From: Mesotaenium endlicherianum | Lineage: Eukaryota | Direction of reading: 5' to 3' | Length of the DNA stretch: 58,425 bases | NCBI GenBank assembly: GCA_009602735.1 | Contig: WELA01003449.1 | Coordinates: 481,647-540,071, forward strand | Shown here: positions 14,606 through 26,143 of the stretch, in pieces | Position numbering within the stretch: position 1 is the stretch's first letter | Layout: each line of letters opens with the position of its first letter | Made by a program: the position numbers and the translations under genes | The notes under the pieces: generated by a model | What the model was told of the DNA's origin: nothing | The model's database searches: none | Seen by the model: the letters and a program-made list of their open reading frames with translations, nothing else

Positions 14606-17600
14606 TCATCCCCCTCCTCAAGATGCGACGTCCTCGACGCATTCTGCAGATAACGTCTCAACTTACTCTTACAATGAGTCAAGTTGGCCTCTGGCTCCCA
14701 AGTGTTGTCGTCCGCATGGTAGCCTTTCCACTTGACCAGATACTCTTGGACAAATCGTTGACCTCGCTTGACTCGTCGATCGCCGACAATCGCCTCCACT
14801 TCATACTCCAATACATCATCGATCTCGACCGGTGGTGGCGGTGTAGGTAGTCGTCCTGGATGTCCTTCATTCGGGTCAACGTATGGCCGTAGACAACTGA
14901 CATGGAACACATCATGGATACGCCATCCTGGAGGAAGTTCCAACTTGTAGGTCACTGGATTCACCTGCTTGAGCACTTCAAAGGGACCTGTAAACCGTGC
15001 CCGCAGTTTCCTCTTGCCTGTGAAAGGTAGGTTCTCTGTGGACAAGAGTACTTTGTCGCCCACTTGGAATGTCACTTCCCTCCTGTGCTTGTTAGCATGC
15101 TTGACCTGCTCTTGTTGTGCCTTCCGAATACACGTCTTCGCCATATCCCAAGTCTTGGCCATCTGCTCCATAAAAGCTTGTGTAGTAGGAACCTGAGTCT
15201 CCTTGGCCTTCTCCAACAAGATGTTCCCTGGATGATATACTTCTCTCCCATAAACCATAGCGAATGGTGACTGCTTGGTCGATCCCTGCATGCTGTTGTT
15301 GTAGGCAAACTCCAATCCTGGCAGCTTCTTGTCCCACTCTGAAGGGTCCTCCATAGTGAAACTCCTGAGCACCTCTTGCAGAGTTCTGTTGAGCCTCTCA
15401 CTCTGCCCGTCTGTCTGAGGGTGATAGGAAGTGCTCATACTCAGCTTGGTCCCCATCAAAGTAAACAATGACCGCCAAAAGTTGCTAGTAAACCTTGGAT
15501 CCCGATCTGAAACAATCACCTTCGGCAACCCATGTAGCCTGAAAATATGATCAAAGAATAGCCGTGCCACATCTGCTGCCGTAGAAGTCTCCTTCATGGG
15601 AATGAAGTGAGCCATCTTGCTGAGTCTGTCAGACACAACCCATACTGCATCGTGCCCTTGACCACTGACTGGTAACGATGTGATGAAGTCCATAGCAATC
15701 TGCTCCCAAGGATACTCTGGAATAGGCAGGGGCTGCAATGTACCTCCCTTCTTTTGATTTGGTGTCTTGTTTCTCTGGCACGCATCGCAACTCCTGATCC
15801 ACTCCTCGATGTCCTTGTCCATATTTCTCCAGTAGTATTCCCGCTTCAGCACGCTTGCCGTCTTCTCGCTTCCAAAGTGTCCAGCATATAAGCAGTCATG
15901 ATGCTCCGCAAGTAGTAAGTCTCGTAGCTCCTTGATGTCAGGTACCACCACTCTCTTGGAATCACCATAATACCATATGTCGTCCTTCTTCTGCATACTC
16001 GAGTTGAACTCAGCTGCTCCACCATCAGCAAACTCTGGGTCCTCCTCATAACCTCTTTGAAGCTTCTCCTTGAAGTCCATATTCTCCTTGATGACTGAGA
16101 CAGCTGCAAGGTCACACCTCCTGGATAAAGCGTCTGCAGGGTTGATCTTCCCAGGTAAGTACTCAATCTTGTGGTCGAACTGTTGCAGAAACTCCATCCA
16201 CCTTGCTTGTCTTGGTGTCAACGTTGGCTGCGTCATAAACTTCTCCAAGCTCTTGTGGTCGGTCTTGATGAACACCTTCCGGCCGTCCACATAACATCGC
16301 CAAATCCTCAAAGCCTGGATAATAGCCAACATCTCTCGCTCGTGTGCTGCATAGTTCTGCTCTGCAGGACTCAACTTCCTGCTCTCATATGCCACAGGCT
16401 GCAATCCTTTGCCCTGGTCCTGGAGAAGAATGGCTCCCACTGCAAAGTTTGACGCGTCTGTGATGATGGTGAAAGGAAGCTCTGGACTGGCAATTGCCAA
16501 CACAGGTGCCTGTGTTAACAGCTCTTTAATCTTCTCGAAGGCTTGCTGCTCCTTGTCACCCCATAGCCACTTCTCCTGCTTCTTCAACATGTCCGTGAGC
16601 GGTGCACACACCTTGGCAAATCCTTCAATGAAACGTCGATAATAATTCGCCATGCCGAGGAAACTCCTGAGTTGATGAATATCAGCAGGTACCGGCCAAT
16701 CTCTGACTGCTTGCACCTTCTTCTGCTCCACCTTGACTCCTTCAGCTCCCACTATGTGTCCAAGAAACTCGACCTCCTTGAGACAGAAGTCGCACTTGCT
16801 CATCTTCCCATACAGCTTCTGATCTCTCAAGACCTCCAACACCTTCCTCAGATGCTCCACATGCTCTTCCAAGGTCTTCGAATAGATCAGGATGTCGTCC
16901 AAAAATACCACCACAAACTGGTCCAAGTAGGGTCTGAAGATACTATTCATGAGTCCCATGAATGTAGCAGGTGCATTAGTCAATCCAAAAGGCATGACTG
17001 TGAACTCGAACAAACCATAGCGAGTTCTGAAAGCAGTCTTCTGAACGTCTCCTTCCGCAATCCGTACCTGGTGATAGCCACTCCTCAAATCGATCTTCGA
17101 GAAATACTTCGCCCCGACAAGCCTGTCAATCAACTCGTCCACTCGTGGAAGTGGGTACCTGTTCTTGATGGTGACCTTGTTGAGTGCCCGGTAGTCGACA
17201 CACATCCTCATAGTCCCATCCTTCTTCTTCACAAATAAGACTGGCGCTGCAAATGGAGACTCGCTGGGTCGGATGAATCCCTTCTCCAATAACTCCGTCA
17301 GTTGCTTCTTCAACTCATCCAACTCCGCAAACGATTGTCGATAGGCGGGTCTCACTGGTGGCTTGCTCCCTGGTTCCAACTCAATCTTGTGCTCCATAGC
17401 TCTCTGTGGAGGTAATCCTGCAGGTAGTTCCTCAGGAAATACGCACTTGAACTCCTCCAACAGCGCCTTAATTTGGGCAGGCATCTCAGCAGGCTTCTTC
17501 TCTTGAGCAGTTGGGCTCTGCTCCTTCTGAGCAAGGGGATCAGACACCACTACTTGCTCCTCCGGCGATGTACATTCGCCCAGGCTGTTAGGATTCACGC

Positions 17601-18276
17601 TTGCTCCATCTGATGACCTGGCCAGGGCCACCGAAACAAGGTACATCTCCTTCACCTGATTCGCCCTGCATAGCTTCTTAACTTGCAGGCTCGACAGAAG
17701 ACAGTTACTTGTGGTCGTATCTACCTCCACCTGTTTCGCTGTCTCCATTCGACCATCACGCCCTTGGACTTTCACTTGTCCTGTGCTCCAGTGCACTTGA
17801 GGGTTGGCTTTCCTTAGCCATGGTCGGCCCAATATCACCTCATGGTGACCCAACTCTGCCTGCTCCATAACTTCCTTACTCCGGTGCCCCGCTACTTCCA
17901 CGTGAATAGCTTCCGTAGGTGCACCACACTTGAGTCTCTGCCCATTTGCCAAAATTGCCTCCTTAGGCTCATAATGCTTCTGCACAGGGACTCGCCACTC
18001 TTTCACCAGCTTCTTGTGCACAAAGTTTGCACTTGCGCCACTGTCGACCATACACTTCGCATTGTTGCCGTCGACCACTCCTTCCACGATGATAGGCTTG
18101 TCAACGTCTCGTCCTTTGCTTCTCGGCAGGCTCCTGGGGATAACCTCCTTGTGAGTTCTCGTCTTCACGCCAGTAGACACCCCAGAACGACTTACTGGCG
18201 TCCTCCTTTTTCCTGCTGTTGAGGTTGCTTCGCCTTCACATGACAGTCTCGAGCCAGATGTCCAAGCTTGCCGCAA
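14593..18276 (-). CDS. pol: Pol polyprotein: aspartic protease, reverse transcriptase, RNase H, integrase, C-terminal chromodomain
   Basis: Uninterrupted 1227-codon frame with VDSGA (protease), [15 protein letters not shown] and FLDDIL (RT), [10 protein letters not shown] (RNase H), HH..H/C..C zinc finger, MDFIT, SDRD and QSERLN (integrase), HDVFHVS, and [21 protein letters not shown] (chromodomain). Probably expressed by frameshift from gag. Confidence 0.96.
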   Translation of the reverse strand: MRQAWTSGSRLSCEGEATSTAGKRRTPVSRSGVSTGVKTRTHKEVIPRSLPRSKGRDVDKPIIVEGVVDGNNAKCMVDSGASANFVHKKLVKEWRVPVQKHYEPKEAILANGQRLKCGAPTEAIHVEVAGHRSKEVMEQAELGHHEVILGRPWLRKANPQVHWSTGQVKVQGRDGRMETAKQVEVDTTTSNCLLSSLQVKKLCRANQVKEMYLVSVALARSSDGASVNPNSLGECTSPEEQVVVSDPLAQKEQSPTAQEKKPAEMPAQIKALLEEFKCVFPEELPAGLPPQRAMEHKIELEPGSKPPVRPAYRQSFAELDELKKQLTELLEKGFIRPSESPFAAPVLFVKKKDGTMRMCVDYRALNKVTIKNRYPLPRVDELIDRLVGAKYFSKIDLRSGYHQVRIAEGDVQKTAFRTRYGLFEFTVMPFGLTNAPATFMGLMNSIFRPYLDQFVVVFLDDILIYSKTLEEHVEHLRKVLEVLRDQKLYGKMSKCDFCLKEVEFLGHIVGAEGVKVEQKKVQAVRDWPVPADIHQLRSFLGMANYYRRFIEGFAKVCAPLTDMLKKQEKWLWGDKEQQAFEKIKELLTQAPVLAIASPELPFTIITDASNFAVGAILLQDQGKGLQPVAYESRKLSPAEQNYAAHEREMLAIIQALRIWRCYVDGRKVFIKTDHKSLEKFMTQPTLTPRQARWMEFLQQFDHKIEYLPGKINPADALSRRCDLAAVSVIKENMDFKEKLQRGYEEDPEFADGGAAEFNSSMQKKDDIWYYGDSKRVVVPDIKELRDLLLAEHHDCLYAGHFGSEKTASVLKREYYWRNMDKDIEEWIRSCDACQRNKTPNQKKGGTLQPLPIPEYPWEQIAMDFITSLPVSGQGHDAVWVVSDRLSKMAHFIPMKETSTAADVARLFFDHIFRLHGLPKVIVSDRDPRFTSNFWRSLFTLMGTKLSMSTSYHPQTDGQSERLNRTLQEVLRSFTMEDPSEWDKKLPGLEFAYNNSMQGSTKQSPFAMVYGREVYHPGNILLEKAKETQVPTTQAFMEQMAKTWDMAKTCIRKAQQEQVKHANKHRREVTFQVGDKVLLSTENLPFTGKRKLRARFTGPFEVLKQVNPVTYKLELPPGWRIHDVFHVSCLRPYVDPNEGHPGRLPTPPPPVEIDDVLEYEVEAIVGDRRVKRGQRFVQEYLVKWKGYHADDNTWEPEANLTHCKSKLRRYLQNASRTSHLEEGDDVRS

Positions 18277-19223
18277 CTATAGCACGGTCCTCTCGGCTTG
18301 AAATTCTGCTGCCTGCGCTGGTACTGCACAAGTCCCAACTCCATGGGTACTGGACCTTGAACACTCGTGCTTGGCGCTTGAGATCCAAAGTGTCGATATC
18401 CTCCAAAGTTGTGGCTGCCCCACTGCCTCTGACTATACTCCACAGCGTCGACCCTTGTTGCCAATGCCATCATTTCTCCAAGACTGGTAGGGTCCTTGAG
18501 CGCCACTTCCTTGGCCACAGTTGGCTTGAGTCCCCTCTTGAACTTGTCCATCATCTCCGACTCGTGCATGGATGGACATTGAAGCACCAGCTCGTTGAAG
18601 CGCGATACATACTCCTGAACGCTTCCTCGCTGACGAAGGCGCACCAATAGATCTCGAGCGGTAGCCTCGGGTGCAATAGGTTGAAATTGCCTCTTCAAGC
18701 CTTCAAATAGCTGATCAACAGTAGCAGGAACTCCAGACAGCTGCTCTTCTCGTTCATACCAAGCTCCAGCACTCTTCTGCAGCAAAGTTATGACAAAGGC
18801 GACTTGCCTGTCGGGCGTGAGCGCAGAATACTCCATAAACTTCTTCACTCCAAAAATCCATTGATGAACAGGCGGCGATCCACGCTCTCCAGTATAAACT
18901 TCAGGCTTAGGCGCACGCACTCCTGATGCGGGTGGAATAACTGGTTGCACCACTGGGTTAACATGAATCGGTGGTACAACAGGTGCAGGTGCCGAACTCG
19001 TCGAAGCGGCGTTCCCCATAACAACTCGCACCATTCTCTCCACCTCCGCGCGCATATTTTGTTGAAACTGGGTGTAGACTTCTCCTCCAATTGCATTTGC
19101 CATTTGCCTTAGCATCGCCTGCATCTCTTGTTGCTCTCTGGTCATTGTTGGTGCTGCCTGCTGCCCCGCGCGCTCAACATGCTCAACATGTTCGCCTCCT
19201 CCAGCTGCCGGCTGCGACTCCAT
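18192..19223 (-). CDS. gag: Gag protein of family A element
   Basis: 343-aa ORF starting just after the [30 protein letters not shown] and zinc knuckle [14 protein letters not shown]. Confidence 0.94.
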   Translation of the reverse strand: MESQPAAGGGEHVEHVERAGQQAAPTMTREQQEMQAMLRQMANAIGGEVYTQFQQNMRAEVERMVRVVMGNAASTSSAPAPVVPPIHVNPVVQPVIPPASGVRAPKPEVYTGERGSPPVHQWIFGVKKFMEYSALTPDRQVAFVITLLQKSAGAWYEREEQLSGVPATVDQLFEGLKRQFQPIAPEATARDLLVRLRQRGSVQEYVSRFNELVLQCPSMHESEMMDKFKRGLKPTVAKEVALKDPTSLGEMMALATRVDAVEYSQRQWGSHNFGGYRHFGSQAPSTSVQGPVPMELGLVQYQRRQQNFKPRGPCYSCGKLGHLARDCHVKAKQPQQQEKGGRQ

Positions 19224-19246
19224 AATATAATATGCAAACTAGCCCT

Positions 19247-19258
19247 GCTCCGATACCA
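19247..19258 (-). other. Primer binding site (tRNA-iMet type) of family A
   Basis: Minus strand reads TGGTATCGGAGC, 2 nt inside the 5' LTR. Confidence 0.85.
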
Positions 19259-19260
19259 GA

Positions 19261-20004
19261 TGAAAGGGGCAGAGTGCCCTAGTGGAAGCGTAGTGACTCA
19301 CGAGGAAAGGAACTAGTTGCCATCATACTAGAGAGTGCAGCGGCATATCACTAACAAAGCTTAGAAAAATTACTCAACATTTTGAGTAGCAAGAAACTGC
19401 TCACAAATGATGTAGGATGAAAGGCCTTGTCATTACAAACCCGTAGAAATTTACAGAAGTGAAAACTGATAAGAAACAAAGAAGTTATGCCTACTTATAA
19501 TTTTCTGCCTAAGTTCTCCTCCCTAGGAGGAAGCTCCGTTTTTTTCTAAGTGTCCGTCAAATCGTCCCTTCCAGAATATTCATGAGTAAGCTAGATCAGT
19601 CTAATCTGACGTGTCGGGCCGAATTGACGTCCACATACATGCATCGACATTACTAGAATATTCTATCTTAGACGCGCTAGGCTAAACCGAAACTTCTAGG
19701 TAAATCGACCTAGTCGGCACTCCGCGTCAGCCGAACTTACGTGAAGGTTCGAGTCCACACTAACGGGCCAGATCGCTTGACGCTGTCGGTCAATCCGACG
19801 GTCCTGCTCACCTCGAATTAAGGACAGTCGTCAACCGACCTCAAAACTATTTAAACTTCAGAAATCCGTAACTCTCTCAATACTTGACCAAATTTGATGA
19901 GGTTTATATCAAAATGACCACAAAAATGCACTCTACATTACTATACAATCAAAACATACTTTCATGAAACTAAAAAATGCACTTTATAAACCTATGACCT
20001 TGCA
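19261..20004 (-). repeat. 5' LTR of family A element
   Basis: tgaaaggggcagagtg...atgaccttgca; direct repeat of 13845-14605. Confidence 0.93.
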
Positions 20005-20349
20005 GAAAACTTAGCATTCAGGAGTTCCCAAGAGGGGATTTTGGCCAAAAGGATAGAGAGCTTGCAGAATAGAATCGGCTAGGATTGCTGGCCCAGGTTT
20101 GAGTCAAACACCACAAGCGTGCAGAAGGCACATAAAATGGTGAGTGTTGTTTTAATGTCTTAGTTCTCAGAAGTCTCAATTGTCGAATTGCTTTTTGCAA
20201 AAGCAAGATTAACAGTTAAAGCCCTCAACAAAGAGCTGAGCGAGCCCAGCCGCAATGGAAATTGTAAATGCGCGGTTGTGAGCGGAGAGCTCAAGCCAGG
20301 CCGGCATAGATGCTATAATTTTAGATCAATTTTACATCAAAGGTGATAC

Positions 20350-20605
20350 ACTGTTCACAGGTCGATTACTCGTCCAACCGGGACCGGTCCCCGCTGTCCG
20401 GGACGGCGATCCTGCGGAGTATGAGGTCGATGAGATTTTAGACGCTCGCTCGATCCGTCGATCGTCTAAATATGTCATGAAGTAACTCATCCGATGGAAG
20501 GGTTACGATGCCTCTGGGGACACTTGGGAATTTAAAGATCAGCTGACCCATGCCAAAGGGGCGTTGAAACGGTTCCACCTTCGGGCGGCTGGGGCACCTC
20601 CCTAA
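20350..20605 (+). pseudogene. Integrase C-terminus/chromodomain remnant of a second gypsy element
   Basis: Plus-strand translation FTGRLLVQPGPVPAVRDGDPAEYEVDEILDARSIRRSSKYVMK*LIRWKGYDASGDTWEFKDQLTHAKGALKRF aligns by eye with the family A pol end; one in-frame stop. Confidence 0.82.
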
Positions 20606-20919
20606 CAGTCGTTTCCGTTGACACGGGAAGGTGACAGGCGGTCCTGTCTCCATATAAGTTGGAGGGAGATGTGACAGTTGTGACAGGCAGCCCACCTTTA
20701 AATTTAAGTTGGAGGGAGTGGTAGTCTCTGATCACCATATTACCCACTCAACCTGCGCTCACACTCACTTGCTCTCCAACTCAATTTTTCCTTATATTCG
20801 CTCACACCAGGTATTCCACTCTTGGAACTCTCCCGATCGCGTCCCTCTTCATCAAGGGCACTCAGTAACGGCAAAATATCATGACTTCACTAACTGCATT
20901 GTGTTTATGATTGAGCAGG

Positions 20920-22587
20920 ATGACTCAAAAGTCGGAACTCAAGAGGAAGAGAAGGGCGGAAGAGGCACATGCAGAATACTTGCAGTTCCGTGGAGACATC
21001 GAATCATCTTCCATTACCGCTCGGGAATCACAACGACTCCAACAACAGCGGGAGGCACAGAAGAAGAAGGAGGAGGAGGAACAGGCCAGACTGAGGCAGG
21101 AAGAAATGGACAGAAAAGCTGCAGAGGAGGCCAAGAAAGCAGAGGAGGAGAGGCAAGCTGAGGAGAAGCGGAAGCAGCAGGCTGAAGAAGAAGAACAGAG
21201 GAGAATCAGCAGCTACCGCTACACGGTGCTGGGCAAGGGCTTTGATCTACTGGAGGAGGCCTTCAAGTATGCCCAGAGAAGTCGCAGTGAGTCGCAGAAG
21301 GAAATCCTCCAGAAGGAAGGGGAGACATCTGAAAACTTTGACAAGTATGTAGAGGTCGGCACAGGGCTCCTCCTCTACCACGATTACGCCAGGATGGTAG
21401 GATATACCATCGGAGAGGCCAAGGCAATGGCCCAGGTGAACGAAGCAGGAGCTGTCTCGATTCCTGGTATCTGGGGGGCAGATAGGGTCATCAGGATGAT
21501 CCCCATGGACGCGGACAGCTTCAAGGACTCAACACCCCACAACAGGTTCAAGGCCATGTACAATGAGGTGGAGAGGAGGAGCTGGGAATTCTTGGCCAGA
21601 GAAACCAGTCAGCTGGACTTTGCAGGGCACTGGTACCCTTGTACTCTCAAAAAGACAGACGCTGCCTTCTTCCAAAAGCCCACTGATTGGCGGTGGATGA
21701 CCATCAACATGAGGGACCAGCAGAATGACAGGGCGACGGATGAGGATTTCCTGACAGACCTAAACGGGAACATAGTATTGCCCCCTCACATTGCGGCTTG
21801 GGACCCAAGATTGGATGGAGTCAGAGACTGCATGAGCCAAGAGATGCAGGGGGACAGAAGCAGGGCCCGAGAGTCATTCTCCAAAGGGAAGCACGCTTAT
21901 GCCAAATGGGCAAGTAAGCAGGGGGAAAAGGACCTCTATGCGGTCCGGACTCAGCAGCCCCCACCAGCACCCAAAAGGGGAAGGTCAGTAGGATATTCTT
22001 TTTCTCGGGAAGAGCTGGAGCAGCGGACAGAGGAGACCCCAGAAGTCTCAGAGGAACCCGGGGACGGCGAGGAGGCGGAGTCGGAGGAAGACGAGGAGGA
22101 AGGCGAGGAGGAGGACACTAGCCCCGCCGTGATCCTGACACCTGCCACATCCCCTGTAAGGGAGAAGACGGGGTTGGCCCTGCAGCAACTCGCTGAAGAG
22201 GAGGATATCACTTGGCTGGGAACTGCCAGAGGACAGAGCCCATCTCCAGGCAAGGAGACCCAGTCAGACAGGGCAGACAGGAGGGCTGCTCGGGAGATAG
22301 CCAGAGGCCTGCCAGCATCTCCCTCGCAGAGAGGGCATGTACCCTTGGCTCATGTCATGCAACATCCTTCCGGGATGCCGGTATACGTACCTGTGAGTTT
22401 GAGGGCTGCCCAGGAGAAGGCTGCCTCCCTTCAGTTTCAGACTGTGCAGGAGGAAACGGCCCAGTTACTACGTTCTCCGCCGGGTCCTTACACGGAACCC
22501 CCTTCTCTGACAGGCTTCAAAAGACCCCAAGACAGGAGGAGGTCTAGCTCCCCTGAGCATAGGGCCTCAGGGATATCTCCCTCCTAA
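20920..22587 (+). CDS. Uncharacterised ~555-aa retrotransposon accessory ORF (charged coiled-coil N-terminus, globular middle, acidic low-complexity C-terminus)
   Basis: Long intron-less open frame (first ATG 20920) between the chromodomain remnant and the PPT; its 3' end is also present inverted at ~23700-23900 in the sister element. Confidence 0.72.
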   Translation: MTQKSELKRKRRAEEAHAEYLQFRGDIESSSITARESQRLQQQREAQKKKEEEEQARLRQEEMDRKAAEEAKKAEEERQAEEKRKQQAEEEEQRRISSYRYTVLGKGFDLLEEAFKYAQRSRSESQKEILQKEGETSENFDKYVEVGTGLLLYHDYARMVGYTIGEAKAMAQVNEAGAVSIPGIWGADRVIRMIPMDADSFKDSTPHNRFKAMYNEVERRSWEFLARETSQLDFAGHWYPCTLKKTDAAFFQKPTDWRWMTINMRDQQNDRATDEDFLTDLNGNIVLPPHIAAWDPRLDGVRDCMSQEMQGDRSRARESFSKGKHAYAKWASKQGEKDLYAVRTQQPPPAPKRGRSVGYSFSREELEQRTEETPEVSEEPGDGEEAESEEDEEEGEEEDTSPAVILTPATSPVREKTGLALQQLAEEEDITWLGTARGQSPSPGKETQSDRADRRAAREIARGLPASPSQRGHVPLAHVMQHPSGMPVYVPVSLRAAQEKAASLQFQTVQEETAQLLRSPPGPYTEPPSLTGFKRPQDRRRSSSPEHRASGISPS

Positions 22588-22672
22588 GGGCAGCAGGCTT
22601 GGGATAAGAGGGTCAGCACGCTGTTACTAGTGATAGTGTTGTCGAGGCGGCAACATGATAAGTTGGAGGGAT

Positions 22673-23391
22673 TGTAATGAATCAGTATACTGGTCGATAT
22701 AATATTCATTTAAATAATATAGTTAAATAAGTTCAGCCTGCTGAACTCTAGTTAATAATCAGTCTGCTGGACTTTATACTTAATATCAGTTTAATGACTT
22801 GGCCGGAAGTAGCAGGCTGAGGCCACCTTAAGTCAGCTTGCTGACACATTCTTTGACAGCCAGCTGACTTCCGTACTCGGTAGCAGCGAACTGCCTCAAT
22901 ATGCATCTAAGTGTGGTATGCTAGATGAATGGCCACATGACATCCCTATGATGGATGGCGATTCGGGATGACGGGAGATGGCGGTGGATTTGGTTAACCG
23001 AGGTCCTACCAACGTGGTTAACTCCCGGGTAGGCGGTGCCATCGCACTGACCGTTGAACAGTAAACTCATTCCATGTACATACGCTAGACATTGCTCTCG
23101 AGTTCGGCATTCGGAAACGAGGCCAACTCTCTTGTACAGCTTACTGAGAGAGATCTGAATCCAAGGCGAGAAGCCATTGATACGCACTGTCTTCTAACCT
23201 TGCTTATGTATGAGTTTACTGATTTGCATCATTGATGCTAGTATACTCGCATTTGACTTACAAGTGTTATTCCCTGCTAGTGTATTGTCCTTTGCCGTTT
23301 AACTAGTTAACGGAAATACCATAAGATTACTTGCTGATATAAAGATCTTTATTAATTGTTAATCGCCTATTTGGTAAGTCGATTCATTTCA
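22673..23391 (+). repeat. 3' LTR of plus-strand family B element
   Basis: tgtaatgaatca...gattcatttca with short inverted termini; matches the reverse complement of 25418-26131. Confidence 0.88.
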
Positions 23392-23905
23392 CCGGCTAAG
23401 TCAGTAAACTGATTATTTATAGAAAGTCCAGCAGACTCAATATCAACTAGAGTTTAGCAGGCTGAACTTATTTAACTATTATATTTAACTGAATATTATA
23501 TCAACCAATATAGTGATTCATTACAATTCCTCCAACTTAAAAGTTGTCGTCTCGACAACACTAACACTGGGTACATGGTTCCTCTAGCTGAAAGTGCTGA
23601 TCTGACTCCCAACACCTTTTGCATCAACACTGATACCTAACGGTGGGAATCACTAGTAACAGTGTGTTGTCCCTTCGGCCCTCAGCCTACTGCCATAAGG
23701 AGGGAGATGTCCCTAGGGCCCTATGGTCAGGGGAGCCAGACCTCCTCCTGTCTTGGGGTTTCTTGAAGCCTGGGGGGTCCGCGTAGGGGCCCCGCGGAGA
23801 ACGCAGTAACTGGGCTGTTTCCTCCTGCACAGTCTGAAACTGAATGGAGGCAGCCTTCTCCTGGGCAGCCTCAAACGGACAGGTACATATACCGGCATCC
23901 GACGT

Positions 23906-25383
23906 TTACTGACTGTTGCTGTCTTTTAAAGGCTGGTCTTTTCTCTCGACCTTTGGGAGGTGCTTGACTGGACACTGCTCTCTGAAGTGACCCGTCTGCT
24001 GGCAATGGAAGCAAACAGATTTTGCTGAGGCTGGTCTCGGCTTAGTCCTACCACCACCTCTTCCATAGCCGCCTCGAGAGAAACCACCTCTCCCTCTAGA
24101 CTGCATAGCATTATACTCATACTCATATTCATCACCCTGATCATCCTCAGCCTGGTCTCCTTCAATTGCATTGTAGGAACCGTGGGGCTTTTTGACAACC
24201 TTAGACACCAGAGCATTACGCTGGCGCTTGTGATTGAACTGCTGCTGATCCCAGGCATCAGCATCCTGGATCAAGTCAGCCAGTTTCTCATACTACTTTT
24301 CAGCAAAATGACCAGAGACTTTGGATTTCAAGCCATACATAAAGTATGCTATCCTATACCGCTCTGGCAAGTCTGGCTGCTTCATGTTGTTCTCTTAAAA
24401 CTTTTGAGCAAGCTCAGCAACTGAAGTGGTCTGCTTCAGTGTCAAGGAGATCATTGCATAAATAGCTTTCTCCTGCTGATTGATCACATCAAACTTCTCA
24501 TGCATTTTCTCGACAAACTCTACCCAAGTAGGGTCACCAAGTTGTTGAGCCTTACGCTCTCCTTTCCAATACAGCCACCAATCTGCTGCACTGCCTTTCA
24601 GTAGAGCATCATTGTGCCTGACCTTCTCGTAATCCTGCAATTCTGGGTAGTTCTCCAGCCACTGCTCAATATCAGCGAGAAACTTGATCAGGTAATACTT
24701 TTTGTTCCCCTCAGGATCATAATCCTCGGGAGGTTTTGGCTTGGGCTTACTAGGCCCTCTGCCACCACCACCAGTGGTTTGGGAACCCAGTTGGTCTCTG
24801 TCCCGCAGCAGAGACATTGTGATTCTTTTGTCCTCCTGTTGGGACTGATACATGCTCGCCATTTGCGATTGCATTTGCACAAATAATGCTCCCCAATCCA
24901 CAGTCTGAGGTGGGAGTCTAGCAAATGTAGCAGTAGCAGTGGCATCGACTCGCTGAGTAGTGTCCTCAACAGTCCCTCTCGCTCCTGCAGCAGCAATTCC
25001 TGCCGCATTCAGCCGGTCACAAATTTGACCTTGGGGCACATTGAGTTGTACAGCAGGAGGTGGGTTCAGAACATTGGCCCTTGGTGCCATACGTTCTTCG
25101 ACAGTGCGCTCGTTCGCTGACTGTCCTTCCCTCCATCTGTATCTTCAACAGCCTTTGCTAATCGTTCAACTTCTAATCTAGCACTCTCCTCCTCGGCCTG
25201 CTGTGCTGCGACTGCGGCAATAGCAGCTGCCTCATCTGCAGCCTCTCTAGCTGCAGTATCTGCCACTGCTTCAGAATAGGTACGGGTTCCCGCTACATGG
25301 CTTTCAGCCTGATTTTTGACATTCCCGTTATCCTGGTTCTCCATGTCTCGGGAGTTGCTAGTTTGAGACCTTGTCCTTACCAT
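23906..25383 (-). pseudogene. gag: gag of family B with one frameshift and two in-frame stops
   Basis: Fragments 25383-25066, 25090-24395 and 24274-23906; LKGSAADWW, PTWVEFVEKMHEKF, LKQTTSV and zinc knuckle CFHCQQTGHFREQC. Confidence 0.85.
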
Positions 25384-25417
25384 ACAAAGAAGACTGTGAA
25401 AACTGCTCCGATACCAC

Positions 25418-26131
25418 TGAAATGAATTGACTTACTAAAAAGGCGATTAACAATTAATGAAGATCTTTATATCAGCAAGTAATCGTTATGGTATTTTCTG
25501 TTAATTGATTAAACAGCAAAAGACAACACACTAGCAGTGGACAATACTCGTAAGTCAAATGGAAGTAAACTAGCATCAATGATGCAATCAGTAAACTCAC
25601 ACATAAGCAAGGCTAGAAGACAGTGCATATCAATGGCTTCTTGCCTTGGATTCAGATCTCTCTCAGTAAGCTGTACAAGAGAGTTGGCCTCGTTTCCGAA
25701 TGCCGAACTCGAGAGCAGTACCTAGCATATGTACATGGAATGAGTTTACTGTTCAACGGCCGGTGCGATGGCACCACCTACTCGGGAGTTAACCGCGTTG
25801 GTAGGACCTCGGTTAACCAAATCCACCGCCATCTCCCATCATCCCGAATCGCCATCCATCCTAAGGATGTCATTTGGCCATTCATCTAGCACACCACACT
25901 TAGATGCATATCTAGGCAGTTTGCTGCTACCGAGTACGGGAGTCAGCTGGCTGTCAAAGAATGTGTCAGCAAGCTGACCTAAGTTGACTTCAGCCTGCTG
26001 CTCCCGGCATTAAATTGATTATTTTTATAAAGTCCAGCAAACTCAATATCAACTAGAGTTTAGCAGGCTGAACTTATTTAACTATTATATTTAAATGAAT
26101 ATTATATCAACCAATATGCTGATTCATTACA
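25418..26131 (-). repeat. 5' LTR of minus-strand family B element
   Basis: 714 bp, TG...CA ends, adjacent to the PBS. Confidence 0.88.
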
Positions 26132-26143
26132 GTGACATAAACC

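Larger units (their letters stand above)
13845..20004 (-). mobile_element. Full-length Ty3/gypsy LTR retrotransposon, chromovirus type (family A)
   Basis: Two ~750-bp direct repeats (13845-14605, 19261-20004) with TG...CA ends, PBS at 19247-19258, PPT at ~14606-14620, and gag and pol ORFs between them. Confidence 0.96.
20350..23391 (+). mobile_element. 5'-truncated LTR retrotransposon, family B (chromodomain remnant, extra ORF, PPT, 3' LTR)
   Basis: PPT-like aagttggagggat at 22660-22672 followed by a 719-bp TG...CA LTR (22673-23391) that is the inverted copy of 25418-26131. Confidence 0.8.
23392..26131 (-). mobile_element. Non-autonomous family B element (5' LTR, PBS, decayed gag, pol deleted, fragment of extra ORF, PPT, truncated 3' LTR)
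   Basis: 5' LTR 25418-26131, PBS TGGTATCGGAGC at 25405-25416, gag 25383-23906, PPT next to 23526, and only ~134 bp of the 3' LTR (23392-23525). Confidence 0.85.

Noticed and set aside
20301..20305. ccggc as the matching TSD for the plus-strand family B insertion
   Set aside because: No 5' LTR follows and no sibling LTR remainder precedes it; a chance 5-mer is likely.
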